DNA from: a virus
Lineage: Duplodnaviria > Caudoviricetes
Virus record (IMG/VR): IMGVR_UViG_3300028844_007041
Location: 1-60,349 of that record
Reading direction: 5' to 3' (one strand)
DNA length: 60,349 nucleotides
Below, in pieces: positions 58,000 through 60,349 of this stretch. The notes under the pieces were generated by a model. It saw only the letters and a program-made list of their open reading frames with translations, was not told the DNA's origin and ran no database searches. A program made the position numbers and the translations under genes. Each line of letters starts with the position of its first letter. Position 1 is the stretch's first letter.

Positions 58000-58159
58000 C
58001 TTTGGGTGCTTGGTTAAAAAGTGTTTGTGACAATTCTTCCTTTCTTTGTTCTAGCCGGTCATAAATTTTGTTTGCAATGATATTATCAAAATTTTCTTTG
58101 GTACCAAGCATGTTACCATCATTTACATTTTTGATTAGATTTTTAATTTCGTCTTCCAT
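57977..58159 (-). CDS. gp67: Prohead core protein (T4 gp67-like, 60 aa)
   Basis: Directly after the portal; LI......A/T...F...(I/L)..K..DRLE..K.E.....F pattern with acidic tail. Confidence 0.7.
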   Translation of the reverse strand: MEDEIKNLIKNVNDGNMLGTKENFDNIIANKIYDRLEQRKEELSQTLFNQAPKDDNENEE

Positions 58160-60349
58160 TATACACCTCCTATATTATCTACAGGTGTTGAGCCGCCGGC
58201 ACCACCACTGGCGCCACCTCCTCCACCACCTAAGTCATTGACCATTCCATCACCTGGTGTTGGTCCAACGCCAGTATCGGCTCCGCCCATACCGCCACCG
58301 AACAAGTCACCACCCATTCCTCCTCCGCCCATTCCACCTGCGCCCATGCCGAAGCCAGGCTCACCTTCTTGAGGTGCAAATCGTGGATCATATTTCTCCT
58401 CACTAATCTCTTCTTCAATCTTTTCAATCTCTTCATCTGTCATGAACAGAATGTTTTTGCGAATATAGTTTGCAGAGAAATATTTGCCACGATATTCTTC
58501 AGCATCACGAAGAGCATTCATTTTTTCAGTGAGAACCTCAAGGCTTTTGAGTGCATTGAAATTGCTGTCTTGGTCATATGTGAATTGAATTTGATCTTTA
58601 ATATCATCCCATTGTTTAAGTGAAATGATATTCTTTAAAATTAATTGTTTCTTGAGAAGATCCACAAACAAGTTTGAGAAACGTGAACGCAAACGTTCAA
58701 CGAATCTTAGAAACTTATATTCTTCTCGACTAATCTCACTGGCACGGCCAAGTGAGAACCCGCTATCGGGCTGCATTCTTGAAATTGGTACATTTAATGA
58801 ACGGAACAATTGACGTTGAAAGTATTCAAGTTCGTCAAGTTGTGTGAAACCACCTTCGTCTCCTGACAAGGTATCAATTTCGGTGGTTGCGGAATTCATC
58901 ACAAAAATACCAGAAGAAAGAGCAAAATTATGATAATCGTGATATTGATGTTCACCATCAATTGTCAATGTTCCAACATCCATACGGTCTGTTCGACGAA
59001 CAACTTTGACAACTGTATGATTTTGAGCAACAGTAGCCTTTTCCTTTCTCTTCTGAACAATTAGATTCTCATCACAGTTGCGAATGATCAGTTCTGAGAT
59101 TGAATTGTAGCCGTGTGAAGAAATGAATTTTCTCACAGTTTCGAGAGAAAGTTGAGAGTATTCTTGTTGAATTGCAACAATCAAAGCTTGATTTGAAACT
59201 CTTGGATTCGCAGAAACTTCTTGTCGAACAATCTCAATAATTTTTGAAAGTTGAATGAATTTATAATATTTTTCAAAGGCTCTTTGCTTTGAGCCAGCGT
59301 CATGTTTTGCACATTCTTTTTGGTATTGCTCAGGATCATTTTCTTTCAACCAAGCAAGTTTTTCTGCTGCGGTCTTTGAACCATTCGCTCCTTGCGTTGC
59401 TCGTTTTGGATACCACTTGTTCAACCATTCTTCGTTAGTCATTGTTTTGCGGTCATCTGCTCTCATCTGACGAACAATTTCACGACCAGCTTCTAAACCT
59501 TTCCAAACTGCTTCACATGTTTGATTGAACGTTGAAATTTCCTTTCTTCTTTTTTCTCCTGCTTCTGTTTGAAAAAATGTTTTTCCCGAAATTGAAAGAT
59601 TTTTCTTCCATGTTTTCACATCAGCAACTTCCCAATTTCTTTTACCCAATTTAGAATGCAATTCAATATGTTCATTTCGATCCATAATCTTCAAATTACT
59701 TGGTGTATTATTGAAACGGTCCAAGTCAATATGATGAATCACTTCTGTTTTTTCTTGAGGTCGATTTATGAATTCACTGACGGCACGATGAACAAATTCA
59801 TATTTCTCAGTATCATTGTGTTGAACTTGTAGGTATTCCTTTGTCTGATTGTTTGGACTTACCGCTTTCATTTTTGTGTTGAATGGCATCAATGAAGAAC
59901 CTTCTGTCAAATTCGAAGCCTCAATTCTTTCACCATTACGAAGAATGAACTTGTGGTCTGGAGTTGCAGTGATGATTTCTCCATTATCGAGATGAACATC
60001 TAACACTTCAGCATCGTTTCTTGTGACGCCTGCCCAAGAAATCAAACCAGGAACCACATGACCCTTTTGATCTACAGAATAGGTCCAGTTTTCTTTTCCT
60101 GCCTTGTGTTCAACAATCAATTGTCCAAGTTCAACATTCCTACCATCTAACAGAGAAATTTTTGTCGATAAATCAAAACAACCATTTCTCCTGGGCATCC
60201 AATAATCTTCAAGCATTGTTTGGAATTTGCGATCATCTCGCAACATTCCAGTTTTACTATCGTACACCATTTTGTTACGATATTGATCTTTAAGTGTCTG
60301 CAAATATTGTCTTGCTTTTGCAGCGGGTAAGTTTCCTACATCAACATAA
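58159..60349 (-). CDS. gp20: Portal vertex protein (T4 gp20-like), 5' end outside the window, intein-containing
   Basis: Frame is open to the window edge: YVDVGNLPAAKARQYL...YRNKMVYDSKTG...MLEDYWMPRR; after the intein TEIDTL.G...YFQRQLFRSLNVPISR...EISREEYKF.RFV.RLR.RF. Confidence 0.95.
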   Translation of the reverse strand, partial: YVDVGNLPAAKARQYLQTLKDQYRNKMVYDSKTGMLRDDRKFQTMLEDYWMPRRNGCFDLSTKISLLDGRNVELGQLIVEHKAGKENWTYSVDQKGHVVPGLISWAGVTRNDAEVLDVHLDNGEIITATPDHKFILRNGERIEASNLTEGSSLMPFNTKMKAVSPNNQTKEYLQVQHNDTEKYEFVHRAVSEFINRPQEKTEVIHHIDLDRFNNTPSNLKIMDRNEHIELHSKLGKRNWEVADVKTWKKNLSISGKTFFQTEAGEKRRKEISTFNQTCEAVWKGLEAGREIVRQMRADDRKTMTNEEWLNKWYPKRATQGANGSKTAAEKLAWLKENDPEQYQKECAKHDAGSKQRAFEKYYKFIQLSKIIEIVRQEVSANPRVSNQALIVAIQQEYSQLSLETVRKFISSHGYNSISELIIRNCDENLIVQKRKEKATVAQNHTVVKVVRRTDRMDVGTLTIDGEHQYHDYHNFALSSGIFVMNSATTEIDTLSGDEGGFTQLDELEYFQRQLFRSLNVPISRMQPDSGFSLGRASEISREEYKFLRFVERLRSRFSNLFVDLLKKQLILKNIISLKQWDDIKDQIQFTYDQDSNFNALKSLEVLTEKMNALRDAEEYRGKYFSANYIRKNILFMTDEEIEKIEEEISEEKYDPRFAPQEGEPGFGMGAGGMGGGGMGGDLFGGGMGGADTGVGPTPGDGMVNDLGGGGGGASGGAGGSTPVDNIGGV
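58894..60180 (-). mobile_element. Intein (429 aa) with HNH homing endonuclease inside the portal
   Basis: Starts G|CFDLSTKISLLDG, block B TATPDHKF, HNH motif VHR...VIHHIDLDRFNNTPSNL, ends HNFALSSGIFVMN|S; removal restores PRRNG-SATTEIDTL. Confidence 0.92.

Larger units (their letters stand above)
1..60349. mobile_element. Segment of a T4-like myophage genome (head, neck, baseplate and tail-fibre genes)
   Basis: Recognisable gp20/gp21/gp22/gp23/gp13 homologues in T4-like head order, T4 late promoter motifs, no bacterial housekeeping genes. Confidence 0.97.

Noticed and set aside
57977-58010. Programmed +1 frameshift fusing gp67 to the 261-aa ORF at CCC AAA G
   Set aside because: The heptamer is not in the canonical -1 phase, and a simple 23-nt overlap with an ATG start explains the layout.
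1-60349. Stop-codon reassignment
   Set aside because: Genes of over 2000 codons are open in the standard code, and TAA, TGA and TAG all end genes at tight junctions.
1-60349. tRNA, rRNA or structured ncRNA genes
   Set aside because: Intergenic gaps are nearly all under 100 nt and none showed a cloverleaf by eye; a covariance-model scan was not possible.

Overview
The whole 60 kb window is AT-rich, gene-dense virion-morphogenesis DNA from a large T4-like myophage, almost all on the minus strand. Read right to left: (1) a head module with the gp20 portal (5'-truncated, interrupted by a 429-aa HNH intein), gp67-like, an unknown, gp68-like, gp21 protease, gp22 scaffold, gp23 major capsid and a terminator; (2) a small accessory island with an exported protein, a T4 Rnl1-type RNA ligase under a near-consensus sigma70 promoter, and an inverted, isolated gp13 neck gene; (3) a DUF4815-type baseplate protein followed by about 40 kb of fibre/adhesin genes (three S74-type chaperone-tipped fibres, two vWA/MIDAS proteins, a 2150-aa tandem Ig-like protein, a gp9/gp10-anchored fibre, C1q and CBM-like proteins, three paralogous 'NGNFDVWQR...AEL' genes). 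T4-type late promoter motifs precede several genes. Best leads: an approximately 18-kb Ig/vWA adhesin block, an acyl-carrier-protein-like domain lacking its phosphopantetheine serine fused to the scaffold, a fibre/partner 'IALG' pairing that includes an uncalled deletion pseudogene, DNA-level conserved anchors between receptor-binding paralogs, and the portal intein. All family calls are by-eye motif recognition, not database searches. No rRNA, tRNA, CRISPR array or reverse transcriptase was seen.
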